This document shows, piece after piece, positions 1-14,260 of a stretch of 64,000 nucleotides of DNA. Made by a program: the position numbers and the translations under genes. Numbering within the stretch: position 1 is the stretch's first letter; each line of letters opens with the position of its first letter. Origin of the DNA: Bugula neritina (taxonomy: Eukaryota; Animalia; Bryozoa); assembly GCA_964035545.1 (NCBI GenBank), contig OZ037773.1, positions 10,383,751 to 10,447,750 of the forward strand. Direction: 5' to 3'. The notes under the pieces were generated by a model, which worked only from the letters and a program-made list of their open reading frames with translations, was not told where the DNA came from and ran no database searches.

Positions 1-92
1 TTAAACTAATAGTTTTTCAAGTATTTCTATCATTAAAGTTTAGCCTTTATTGTTGCTATTTTGGTTTAAAAGAATAGAAAAAATAGAACTGA

Positions 93-3000
93 TCAAACAT
101 TATATAAACCTGTATCCATAGTCTGAGAAACTGTTTCCATGACAATAACTGTAGTCCCAGCTTTAAACCTGGCATAGGCATCTGTTGTCGGGTAGCCGTG
201 ACAGGCCCCCACAACCAACTCAACTGTGACATCACCAGAACTCAGTCCATAACAAGTGCCATCAACTGTGTGGTAATCAGAATGAGATATTATCTATAGT
301 ATACAGAACCTTATATAACTGTATAATAGTGTGTATACATGTGTGTACATGGTAGATTTTATTATCAAAGTAAAGTCTTTTCAATTAGTTCTGTCTAGCA
401 GTACTCTATATAGCAGCTGTTACTATATAGCTTTCAAAGTAGCACCAGCTACTAACCTAAAGCTTTCTATAAACAAGACCTAATTATATATATTGCTGAA
501 CCTACAATATATGACCTAAACCAAGCACTGAAATTACAGTTAAATAGCTATACTATATTCATAGCATAAATGTAGTGTATTTGGGTGTGCTTCTGTTTTA
601 TCTATTTTTTAGTTTAGACAAATTTTCAAACTATTTATAAAAAGTTGTAATCATTTGAATTGTATGACATGTTAATAAAATAGCTTTAAGCAAAATTACT
701 GAAGCAGTAAACCAACATTATATTAGCATTTTCTTTAGAGTTTCAAGTTATTGAAATTTCTTAATTTTAAAATTAGAATAATTGCATAATTTTGAGACTT
801 ATAGTTGCAAAGTAAAAACGGGTTAAATAGTGCTAATGACAAAATTTTGTCCTAGAGTATGGTAGTTGTGTGTTGATAGCTTAATAGAATTTTCAACAGC
901 TAGAAGTATCTATGTAAATTAAAAAAAAACTCCCTAAAATGTATTTTGATTGCAGTTTCTTATCTTATGGGTAGCAATCTAGGTGTCATGTTAGAAGTAA
1001 AATATAAAATCAAAATCATATTATTATATTAATGAACAACCTTAAGTCTATTATTGCATTTGTGAGGCTTATAACTGCCTTTGCAAAGCTCAAAGCCTAA
1101 TTTGACAACAGGAAGTAAATAGAGAAAATAATGGAATAGATAGATTCATTTTCAAATAGCATGAAATTGCTAAGAGATTGCTTCATCACATGTATTGCAT
1201 TTATTTCATGGATTCCTGTAGCTGTATTAGGTGAAATCCTTACTGTCAGTTACTCTGTGGTGATTCCCAGTGCCTGAACTGTAGTCTACATTCTCAATAG
1301 AAGACGGGTTGGAGCACACCATCCCGTTAAATGTGAGGAACCAGCGTGTACAGTTCCCGGGACTATCTCCATGACCTCTCACCACCATGTGGAGGATATC
1401 TCTTAGTCCTGAGTCACTCACTTCCTTAGGATACGTCACTCTCTGAAACATTGCACTATTTGACTAGGATATAGAAAACTCTGAAACTTGCTTCAACTTC
1501 ATGTTGCAGATTCTTTACACTTTTGAAAGCTTCCTTAGAGTATCATTTATTACATGCAGTCGTAAAACTGCAAAATAGTTAGAGATTGTTTGAAAAGAAT
1601 TTACTTCTATACCTATCTAAAAAGCTTTATATATAATATTATAAACTTTATTGATAAACATCTGTATAAATACTTACAAACACACTGCCAGTGTCTGTGT
1701 GATCGTACCCGTTAGCTGCATAGAAATGTTTAACGTTGGAATATTCTCTCGAGAGGAAACACTGATCTTCTTGGTTAGCTGAAGAAAGTACAACTTCATA
1801 TTATCTGATGGGTATATTTGATACTAATATAAATAAAGTAGAGTTTTGAAAATTCTGAAATAAATTGATGAATAAAAACATGCAATTGATCAAATAAACT
1901 TATCCACTGAGTAAAAACTAATTTGGTATTCAATAATAACATGTTGTCATGCAAGCACACAGGTTGCTATACGTAAACATTCGTTGTACATTGCAGTCAT
2001 ACTAACTGAGAGATGTACATACCAACACATGTAGGAATGTCTGCCACATCTCTTCCGCATCCATTCACACAAATCTCATTCTTTCTTTTACATTCTCTTC
2101 CATTGCATTCATCCTGTTGTTTATGAACTTGTTTTACTATTTGTGAGACACATTTAACTATCATTGAGTGCTAGGCATTAGCTACTTTTTAACAATGAAA
2201 TTACAATACAAGTGACGATGCCTAAAACATGCATATGCTATTGAAACAGGCTAACCGAGTAATATTGCAGAAAACTTGCAGCTCCTTACCTCATCTAGCA
2301 CATAGGTGTCACTAAAGTAATGACTGTATATAAACCTTTGAGTACTAGTATAATCAGTAGCTCTATATATTTCAGTATATATCCTCAGGTCACCTTTGTC
2401 TCAGGTCACTTCAGGATGTAGTCTCAAGTCACATCAATATCTAGTCTCAGGTCACCTCAGTATATAGTCTCAGGTCACCTCAGTATATAGTCTCAGGTCA
2501 CCTCAGTATATAGTCTCAGGTCACATCAGTATCTAGTCTCAGGTCACCTCAGTATATAGTCTCAGGTCACCTCAGTATATAGTCTCAGGTCACCTCAGTA
2601 TATAGTCTCAGGTCACAGTATATAGTCTCAGGTCACCTCAGTTTATAGTCTCAGGTCACAGTATATAGTATCAGGTCACCTCAGTATATAGTCTCAGGTC
2701 ACCTCAGTATATAGTCTCAGGTCACATCAGTATATAGTCTCAGGTCACCTCAGTATATAGTCTCAGGTCACCTCAGTATATAGTCTCAGGTCACCTCAGT
2801 ATATAGTATCAGGTAACCTCAGTTTATAGTCTCAGGTCACCTCAGTATATAGTCTCAGGTCACATCAGTATATAGTCTCAGGTCACCTCAGTATATAGTC
2901 TCAGGTCACCTCAGTATATAGTCTCAGGTCACCTCAGTTTATAGTCTCAGGTCACATCAGTATATAGTCTCAGGTCACCTCAGTATATAGTCTCAGGTCA

Positions 3001-3920
3001 CCTCAGTATATAGTCTCAGGTCACATCAGTATATAGTCTCAGGTCACCTCAGTATATAGTCTCAGGTCACCTCAGTTTATAGTCTCAGGTCACCTCAGTA
3101 TATAGTCTCAGGTCACCTCAGTATATAGTCTCAGGTCATACTGTAATACCTGTCTTGTAGGCAGGAGGTCCACAAATGTTCCGGTTAGAAAGTTGACTGC
3201 AGAATTTGTGTCAGTAACTGGGACAACTCCACTCAACTCAAAGCACCTGTCATCTGAATAAAGCAAGTAATAACATGATGAGGTATAATTGTATGTTACG
3301 AAAATTTAAACAGATGGAATAAGTCAAATTTAGAAGCACTTTCTTCTGTTTGAGGTCTTTTATGATATGATATTAGAAATGTGTAAGAAATTTGAATGAT
3401 GCAGTAAGATAAAAAGCACAAGCTTTCTTTAAATTGTTCTACTAGTTTTACTAGAAATATATTACCAGAGTGTGATTTGAAGACAGCGTTGCAGGGATGT
3501 GGAAACAACTCCTTACAGTTCACTATACATTCTATGAGACTCCTGACAGATGAAACTCCAGTTATTATGGAACTGTTACTAACAGAGAAAGTTGTCTCTT
3601 GAAGTTCAACTCTGAAGACTCCATCACAACTGGGAACATCTGAAAGGGACAGCTACTGTGTGAGAAATGCCGTTGTAAGATATTCTATGCAGACTACATT
3701 TAACTGCTGTGGAAGTGTACAAGGTTTTTCTGCTAAACATGCCAACTTAGTTTAAAGTTAGTTTGTTATTTAAAGTGATCTAAAGAAATCTCATCATTTG
3801 ATATGATCACCATATTGCAATAATTGTTAGAGATATTATATAATATATAATATACTCACCAAATGAGGTGGAAGATGGAGCACATCTGAGTAACACTGTT
3901 ACAGTGAAGACACGGAGCAT
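93..3920 (-). CDS. Secreted PAN/apple-like + Cys-rich (FOLN/EGF-like) + CTHRC1 C-terminal domain protein, paralogue A; probably continues past the left window edge
   Basis: Phase-consistent GT-AG exons: 3920-3860 (MLRVFTVTVLLRCAPSSTSF, signal-like; alternative first exon 4435-4399), 3639-3466 (SLIECIVNCKELFPHPCNAVF, PAN-like Cys core), 3253-3150, 2113-2023 (CNGRECKRKNEICVNGC..PTC), 1778-1678, 1442-1244 (YPKEVSDSGLR..CTRWFLTFNGMVCSNPSSIE..NHHR), 265-110 or 265-93 (IDGTCYGLSSGDVTVELVVGACHGYPTTDAYA). The last two resemble the CTHRC1 C-terminal domain ([35 protein letters not shown]). Confidence 0.8.
2384..3138. repeat. 23-bp intronic minisatellite (GTATATAGTCTCAGGTCACCTCA)n
   Basis: About 30 tandem copies visible; the same unit occurs at 12780-13457. 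Confidence 0.95.
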
Positions 3921-4132
3921 ACCTTTTATCGCTCTACAAAAGATAAACAAATAAACTCACAGCTCTACTGTTAAAGTGGCGTTATGTTTTTAACAGTCTT
4001 AAATATTTCTCTCAAAATGTATTGGCCGTAGAGCCAAGGAGCATAACTCATTATAATTGAACTGCACAACATATTATTCCCATGTACAACATACAATGTA
4101 GGCTATAGGAGAATGCGTGAGCAGACTTTCAC

Positions 4133-4233
<101 letters not shown>

Positions 4234-5420
4234 GTATGGGTATATTATTCAAATCCATTTAACCGGTGGTCATCAAAATGCTAATAACTCAGTTTCACAA
4301 AAAAATAGAAATGCAGCAATGCAGAGATACATAAATATATAATTAGTCAGAATTTTTAAACAAATTATAAGATAATACTAGAATAAACTGAAACATACCT
4401 GTGATGAGACAACATAGTAGCAGATCTATGAACATTGAACAGACAACCTGGCAGACTTGAGATATCAGTATTTATATCTATCTACTCTTGTCCAGGGTTG
4501 TTAGCTCTATGTTTACATTGCTATGTTTATTTTCAATAACTTCAGGAAGCTAGCGGTACTCAACAAATGATGTTAAAAATACATACTTCCTATATGCATA
4601 TAATATTGTTTATTTTCCTATTTATTTTTACTTTTAGCCTATTATTTTACCTGCTGTATGTTTATACTGTATGCATAGTTTGTGAATATAATATTCTGTA
4701 ATTTATTCATGTCAATAATTGTGCTGGTATATTAATGCTTTAATTTTAAACTCAACTTATAATGAGGTGATTGGATACATACCATATAACCGTAACTGTT
4801 GCTTCAACAATTGTAATGTATATGTTTTGCATTGTATGAAAGGTTTAACGCATGTAACCAAATTATAAAGATATGAAATTTACTCTGCTTAAAATATGAA
4901 ATTGAGTAAAATGAATATTCAGTGTGGAAGCTGTAATCTTGTTGAAGTAATTTTTATGCTCTATTACAGGTAAAACCTATTAACAGTTATGCTTTAACTG
5001 GAACTGACTTCATTAGCAAAAGGTTCTATCAGGTTCTATTGAAAAAAAAGAAAATTCCCAAAGTAATTATGAAAGTATAAAAAATGCGACGTGATTACAG
5101 AGTTGGACTGCATTGCTTAGATTGAAGATAGAATGTCAATTGAATATCTACAAGAAGATATGAAACATGCTATTCCGTCAGTATATATTTTTCTAAAATG
5201 TTGTTTAGAGACATAAAAATAATGCCGATGCTCAACATACTTTGCATATGTTTAGTATCTCGTAATTAGACATAAAAAAGTCAAAGCCAATTATAAGTAT
5301 TCCGTACAATAAAACTGCCTCTAATCTAAAGTTAATAGTCGATTTGAATACAAATAAGTCAAGAAACTTTATCAATGATCTCTTCAGCCTTGAGAAGAAA
5401 GCTGTAACATCTGCTGTACA

Positions 5421-8400
5421 CTAGACATCACAGTCTATGGGAGTTCCTGAACATGTCTTTCTTTCTTCCAGCCACAACTCTTCTATGAAAATGTTGAATG
5501 ATGATGCCCAAGCAGTATGAGCATCCGGGTTATTTGAATCGCAGCCAATAACCGCATAAGTTATGCTGTGTGGATCTCCAGACAATATTCCATAGCATAT
5601 CCCACTTACTGTAAGAAAATGTAGAGCAAGTCAAGTAGAAATATTTTTAAGGCAACATTCTAATATTTATTTGTTTCAATCAACTCTGATATCTTTCAAC
5701 AAATAGCAGGCGCCAGAACCTAAGTTTGGCGTTGATTGTGGAGAAGACGTTCTAAGGGGTCGAAGATGTTTGCTGTTTCAATGACTAAACATAATTATTC
5801 GGAGTAGATTTACTGCTCAGTTTGAGGTACCAAGAAAGAGTTGAACAAACTATTTAATGGAATACTTCACCTTGCATTGGCTGATGGTAATTGATCAGGT
5901 ATTCAAAGTGTACTATGCCATCAATAGCTCCTGGGTCACTACATTCAGAGTTGTCTATCTTAAAGTACCTGTGTAGAAGGAATACAAGTCATATATAATG
6001 TGTGTATTCATAGGAGCACAATGTATATATATTCAGATGGTTTCAAAACCTCACATTTTACTGTTTCAGGTTTAGAATAGATTTTGTGGCATTTCTTACC
6101 ATCTGCTGCACGTTCCTCCATTATGTATATTCATTCTGTGATCTCCAGTTGCTGTTAGCCTCAGAGCAGTTTGTGGAAAGGTTTTAGTGTACGATACAGA
6201 TAGTATATCTCCCGAGTCCACTGCACTACTAAAACTGTAGTAGTTGTGTACGGTCAGGTAACTACTGTGCATCTTGTAGATACTGTTTATACTGTTCCTC
6301 ACTACAAAATAATTCGAGTACATAACTAAGTTAGCTAGCTATAATATGAACTAACTTAAGACATAGAATATTGTTCAACATTCTGCTACCTACTCCCTAC
6401 TTATTCTCCGTACTTCCTACCCTCTAGGCTTATTTAACAGCTGCATGGTTGTGACAGCTGGTTGTGACAGTTGCATGGTTGTGATAACTGATTGTGACAG
6501 CTAGTTGTGACAGCTAGTTGTGACAGCTAGTTGTGACAGCTGGTTGTGACAGCTAGTTGTGACAGCTGATTGCATATTTGTGAGTTAACTGACACCAGAA
6601 GCATTTAGACTCAGGTGTTTCGCTTTTGAAAAGAAACGTAATTATTGTTTGTAAAATAATAGTAGTTAGTTAGTATAAGTGATAGAACAGTATAAGAGGT
6701 AGGTGCAGTAATGGAGAAACTGAAAATTAAAGAACTTAGGCTATCTCAATTTCTCCACTACTGCTCCTAAGTGCTGTGTAAGCTCTTACACTATTGGTGA
6801 CAAGCAACTACATGGTATCATATAACAATACTCTCATATGTAAATATTAAAATAAATCAACAACAATTTTCAACATAACATTGATTCATTGCAACAGACT
6901 GTTGCTGTAATACATAAATACCTCCGTCTACAGCTCGGTCTTTTCTTACTTCCTGTACGTGCAGACGTGAAGGGGTATTAAATCCACCACTTAGCATCCT
7001 TGTCGGCTGTGCATACAAGTTTGATCCACTAGTCCATATCTCTATACTGTATGTACCAGCTGGTAGTATATTATCACATATACCTTCAACTATATAATAT
7101 ACATATCTCTATACTGTATGTACCAGCTGGTAGCATATTATCACGTATACCTTCAACTAAATAATATACATATCTCTATACTGTATGTACCAGCTGGTAG
7201 TATGTTATCACATATACCTTCAACTAAATAATATACATATCTCTATACTGTATGTACCAGCTGGTAGTATGTTATCACATGTACCTTCTACTATAATATA
7301 TACATACATATATATGCAGCTGGTACAGTCAGCAGCCATAGTCTATAAGAATACTTGTTTTGGAAACACAAGGTTGGTGGTTTGAGTCTCAGTAAAAGCT
7401 GTTTGAGATGTTACTAAAGGCATCCAGTAATAATGGCCCTTGTGCCGGGGTAAAGAAAAGTTCCTCAGTCAACTCAGAGAAACATTGGTATCATATAGTA
7501 TTTTACAGAGAGAAAATTTAAAAACACAAGCGAGTTTAATACATTGATGGTTTTGGGGAGCAAGTGTTGACTCAAACCTGCTGAACTAACGAGACATCTA
7601 TAGCCCCACCCCCACTCGGAAACTAGTAGGGAGCTTAAATCAAAAGCATTGATTTTACTCTAACGTACTAATAAATGTGTGTGATATTGAGAGGAGAAAG
7701 TGATATGGCATAGGAATACAAGATATCACATTAAAAGTTTGAAATCATAAGAAAACACAATAATACATGAGATTACAAGAGAGTACATGAGAGTACACGA
7801 GACCACATGAGACAACATGAGATTACATGAGATTACATGAAAGTACATGAGACAACATGAGACAACATGAAATTACATGAGATTACACGAGATTACACGA
7901 GATTACATGAGATATATATAGTTACAAGTACGAGATCTCTTATGCATCTCCCAATACGTCTTCACAAGACTTCCGTCAGCCTTGAGTAACAAATCAAGGA
8001 AAGGTGCACAATTATGTCCATTGATCTTCACAAACCTGAAAAGTTCAAATTAAATAATAAGATATGCTTTTTATCTGGTCACTTTGTATTATGTTGCTGT
8101 GGGTATTAATATAGGTAATTGTGTGTAATCATGTGTTATTGGTAACTATAAGTTCCACTATTATAAATTTTATGTGTTCAATGTGAGCGTGTGCATGTGT
8201 TGACATCAAGCCAGCTGCACGTGTTTGTGAGAGCACGTATATCGGGTGCATGAGCTCTTACTCCAGGATAATACAACTTCTTAATCAATTTGAATTCTCA
8301 ACTGAAGTGTCAAGTACAAAATGTTACGAGGCAATACCGTAGCAACTCACCACCTTCCAAAGTAATAGTCAGTTGAACTGCTAAAATGGATGGCTGTCAC

Positions 8401-11400
8401 TGCTGTGTACTTGATATGTAGACTCGTATCATCAGCCAGTTTATTGTACTCTACTGCCTGTAAATACACTTCTCTCAAAGATTATTAAAGATAAAGAGAA
8501 AGTTTAAATTAAGGCTGTCAATTATAAGAATTCTAAATTAATTTCCATTTAATAAAAATCAACAAAGCGTAAGAGACAATAATAAGGAAGTGCAGGTAAT
8601 AATTGTTACTAATGTTTGAAGGATTAATCAAGTTTGAGATCTAAATGCATAATGCGAACTCTAATGACTTTTTATAACTACTAACATATGTGATTTGCCA
8701 AACTTAGCAAATTAAACTACTAACTGTAAAATTAACCCACTAAGGTGCTGGGTGCAAAATACACCAGGCATTTATATCTGGTTCTAAAGTATATTTTTTC
8801 TAGAACTTTTGCAAAAAAGCTTTTGAACACTCAGTTTGCCTTTTTGTTCATGTTTTAGGAAGTTATGTAACATTTAAATAAGTAGGTGATCCAACTGAAT
8901 GTACTTATGCGAACATTGCTTCTAATGCAAATGCTTATTAAGGATAAACCATGTTAGGTCAGTTTTTCCATCATTCTAGCTGGTTGGGGGCAATCTCCAA
9001 AATGACACGAAACCGCAGCCACATCAACTTTGAGAGTTTTGCCACTTTCAAGTTGCTCTGTGTTTCTTTTAGCTATTTTACCAAATTATACTTATATTAT
9101 TATATATCAAACAGCTTGTTATTCGTTCATTATGAGTATGTTTAGTTTGACCACACTCAATATTTAAAGTAATAATCGATAAATGAAAAACAACTGAATT
9201 TATCCTCTCTAAAGAGACTATTTTTAGCACTTATCACCAATCTAGACGTAAACCGAGAGCGATGGCATTTACAATAATATTATAATAAATTCATCTTTTG
9301 TACGGCATGTTATAGTCTGCAGATGGTTTCTCTACCTCTTCAAGAACTACAGAAGCATGTTAACTCTCTCCATTTTCAAGAAATATGAAACTGTAAAACA
9401 TGCTGTTGTAAAATCATATAGAAGATACTTATAAAAATATTTACTGTAAAATTTTTTAGTCTTTAAAATACAAGATATTTTGTTGTGAGCTTTGAAATAC
9501 AATGTCTTTTAAATACATTTCAATATAAGACTAGGCAACTACATGAACTAAGAAAAGTTTGAACCAGACTGCCATGGAAACATAGAAATAGTTAATACTT
9601 TATAGACTGTGCTCTTTTATAGACTGTGCTCTTTTATAGACTGTGCTCTTTTATAGACTGTGCTCTTTTATAGACTGTGCTCTTTTATGGACTGTGCTCT
9701 TTTATAGACTGTGCTCTTCTATAGACTGTGCTGTTTTATAGACTGTGCTCTTTTATAGGTAGCACTTGAAAATTAGCAATTTATAATTTTTATTGCAATA
9801 TGATTAATTACTAAAAACAGAAATAAATTGTCTCAATAGTACCATGCAGTTGCTTACTTAAAATACTAAGAGCCCATACTTGTTTTTTAAAAGAATACCT
9901 TCACTAGTTGAGAGTTGACTAAAAAGTTATAAAAAGTACCTTCACTAGGTGAGAGTTAACTGAACTGTCAAATGTATCATCTATCTCCTCATCCCACGTG
10001 TAGTACTGATAGTTGAACACATTCAGCTCTAGACATGTGTTGATTGTGTCTAAACAGACGGTTATATACTTTCAGTAAAAATTGACCTTGAGGCTAGAAT
10101 ATTGTAGCCTATCTTTTTTTAACTGTTAACTATTTAAAGAACGTTACCACCCTGTCTTTCTGATGGGCGCAGTCATGAAATGGGCTTCATTTGTTTCATG
10201 CGTTATTCTTATTTATTTCAGTTTTCCTTTGAAGTAGTCTCCCCCTCATATGGCAGAGACAACTCCTAACTAGAGTACTGATAACATATTCATAGACTAT
10301 AGAACTAAGTCGGTCACTTAATTGAATTAAAAAATATTTTACATACAATGAGTGGCTGTCTCAAACTATAACTGTAGTATCTAAAATATATATATAGTAA
10401 TTAAGGACTTACACTTTACATATGAATGTAATATGTAGCAAAGTACTACTTATGCTGTATATTATCTGCACTCATATATTTAAATAAGCACACTGGCTTA
10501 TAAATATATTGTTGGATTATTACATAATTAGTCTCAAGTATTGACTTGATGAAAGCAATGTATCGCAGAATTTCAGGCGCAATAATAAGGACCATAAAAT
10601 GAGCTAAGAGAAAGGTTTACCTGTATCCACAGACTGGGGAGTGAGTTCCACGATGATGACAGACGTAGCTGTCTTGTGTCGGGCATAGCCATTGGTTACT
10701 GGGTAACCGTGACACGCATTGATTTCTAGTCTGACTGTGACTTCACCAGAGTCCAAACCATAACAGGTGCCATCAACTGTGTGTATTATATGTCAATTAT
10801 ATATGCATTGATTTCTACACATTACTGTGTTATTACATGTCAATATAGTTGACTCGGGTGAGGTGACAGGTCATACAAATGACAGGTGAAATGCTAAAAT
10901 GTCATAGTGAATAATATCCACAATAATAATTGCAAGTACATGTATATATAATAATGTTAAGAGAAACTTTCCAGAACTGGTCTTATATTATAAATAATAT
11001 TCATTTAACAAACTTTTGTTTAAAGACAGATGTTTAATCTTCTTACTGTCAGTTGCACGGTGGTGATTCCCTGTGCTTGAACTGTAGTCTACATTCTCAA
11101 TAGAAGACGGGTTGGAGCACAACGCCCCATTAAATGTGAGGAACCAGCGTGTACAGCCAGGGCCATGGGCATGTCCTCTCACAGAAATATGGAGGATAAC
11201 TCTTAGTCCTGAGTCATTCCTTTCTTTAGGGTACGTTGCTACCTGCAATATATTCCTAGATTGTTGTTGTATGAGTGCATCTAATACTGCAGTTAGTAGA
11301 GGACCTCAGTTGCAGTCGGCTAACCCCAGCAGCACAGAACTGCTAGAACACATGCGCTATTTGATGGTGGAATTGGGCTCATCAAACATTTAAGCACAGC

Positions 11401-11478
11401 CTACTTCTACAATTTTCTAAAATAGCTAAGTACCCCTGAACTATAGTCTACAAACGATGATATCTATAAATTACAATA

Positions 11479-11543
<65 letters not shown>

Positions 11544-14162
11544 CCATCTTATAGATTGCAATCTATGAATACTATTATCTATAGACTGCAATATATAGAT
11601 GATAATATTTATAAGCTGTAATCACTCAATATTATTATTTATAGAAAATAGTCTATAGGTATAGGTAATCACAATATTTAACACCTTTATCTATACTCTG
11701 ACTAATTAGATAAATGATTACCCCAAATAGTTTCAAGGGCATGTACAGGGTTTTTGTTAAGTTAAGTGACAGACTAGTTCACAGGTCTTTAGCTTTTTTA
11801 ACATGAGTTTACAAAGACAGCAAGATTGACAGCTTCACGCAGGTGTCAGCAAAAAGCCATAATGCACATGCCTCTGTACAAGGATGTGATATGCAGGTGT
11901 GTGTTATAGAAACAATGTGATACATGCACTTTGCTGTAGCGTAGGTCATAACAGGAAATGTCAGCCATTTTTAAAAATGTCCGAGCTTCTTGTACGGCGC
12001 TGCGGTTTGTTAGGATCAAGCACTGCTTGATTCAAAATTTTGCCGGGCTCCTATTGAACAGAGAGACGTTCAGGTCAACTAATTGGAAATAAATGTCCAA
12101 TGAAGTGTCACAGATTGTACTCAATAGCGGACTTTGAGACCTTCAGCTTGAAAATATTGAAAATGGCTGACATTTTACGTTACAGCAAAGTGTGTCTAGG
12201 GGGTAAGTATGCATACGACTGCGGCAACACTTACAAACAGACTGCCAGTTGACCTCGTGTCAGACTCGGCAGGTGCCCAGTAGTGTCTCAAGTTGGAATA
12301 TTCTCTACTCAGTCCACACTCTGCTTCTTCGTCAGCTAAAGTAAACATGATACAGTTCTAATAGACTAACCTTTTACTTACATGAGAAGACAACTGCTAA
12401 TTATATATAAGAGTATATAGCTTGGAGTTCATAATGTAAGATGTTTGTAGAAAAGCTAGTAGTTTTTACTATAAATAGAGAAGGTGAAAATAGCTTCTAT
12501 AAATAGATGTAGAAACTTACCTAGACAAACAGGTAAAGTAGCTACTGTATTGCCACATCCACTTACACAGATCTCATTATTTCTCACACAATCTCGTCCA
12601 TTACACAGCTCCTAAATTCATTACGAAAGTGAAAACAAACAGAGGTAAAAATATAGCTACATATACTCTTATTTATGTCACAAGCAAAATAAATTGTATG
12701 TATGTCTCAGACTGGATGCTCTTTAAAAAAATATTATATAATAATTTATTGGGAACCCATGCATCTAGCTTGCATCTACTCTCAGGCTACACTAGCTATA
12801 ATCTCAGGTCACCTCAGTGTATAGCCTCAGGTCACCTCAGTATATAGTCTCAGGTTACCCCAGTATATAGTATCAGGTCACCTCAGTATATAGTCTCAGG
12901 TCACCTCAGTGTATAGTCTCAGGTCACCTCAGTGTATAGTCTCAGGTCACCTCAGTATATAGTCTCAGGTCACCTCAGTGTATAGTCTCAGGTCACCTCA
13001 GTGTATAGTATCAGGTCACCTCAGTATATAGTCTCAGGTCACCTCAGTGTATAGTCTCAGGTCACCTCAGTGTATAGTCTCAGGTCACCTCAGTATATAG
13101 TCTCAGGTCACCTCAGTGTATAGTCTCAGGTCACCTCAGTGTATAGTCTCAGGTCACCTCAGTATATAGTCTCAGGTCACCTCAATATATAGTCTCAGGT
13201 CACCTCAGTATATAGTCTCAGGTCACCTCAGTATATAGTCTCAGGTCACCTCAGTATATAGTCTCAGGTCACCTTAGTGTATAGTCTCAGGTCACCTCAG
13301 TGTATAGTCTCAGGTCACCTCAGTGTATAGTCTCAGGTCACCTCAGTATATAGTCTCAGGTCACCTCAGTATATAGTCTCAGGTCACCTCAGTATATAGT
13401 CTCAGGTCACCTCAGTTTATAGTCTCAGGTCACCTCAGTATATAGTCTCAGGTCATACTGTAATACCTGTCTTGTAGGCAGAAGGTCCACAAATGTTCCG
13501 GTTAGAAAGTTGACTGCAGAATTTGTGTCAGTAACTGGGACAACTCCACTCAACTCAAAGCACCTGTTATCTGAATAAAGCAAGTACTAACACGAATACA
13601 ATTATATAGCTTAACTAGACCTATTCAGAGAGTTAAGATAACTTTAGGTTGTACACCCACACTCTGGTAGTTTGGCAACTTTTAGGATTTAAGCTACATG
13701 TACACACGCTGATTTTTTCAGCCGATTTTGTACTTCTCGATTTCGCTATTGCTGATTGAAAAATCGACTGATTTTCTAGGCAATTTTTATTTCCCGGGTT
13801 AATTTTCTGCTTGCGTTTTATTGGCGGATGGCTCTCAGTCTATACAACTTTCTTTTAGGTTCATGCGCAAAATTCAAGATTAGTTTCACGTGCATTAGCA
13901 TAGTAAACTGAGTAAACATACATCGGCATTATTATAATATACATTCTTTTCACACGTGAAATGGCTAGAAAAGATCAACAAATTTTAGCAGCTGCAGCTT
14001 ATATGTTATTTTATGACGATGAGGAAGACGAATCAATCAATGAGAAACGAGCCAGGAGGTGGTGGGTTGCGCCACAGTGCCAAAGTAGAGACCAGGAAGG
14101 CGAGTTGTATCCAGCTACTAAACGCTCACTACTACTAGTACTACTACTACTACTACTACTAG

Positions 14163-14260
<98 letters not shown>

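Noticed and set aside
8732-9420. TTAA-CCC piggyBac-like terminus and TE-like sequence in an intron
   Set aside because: No matching opposite terminus or coding remnant found by eye.
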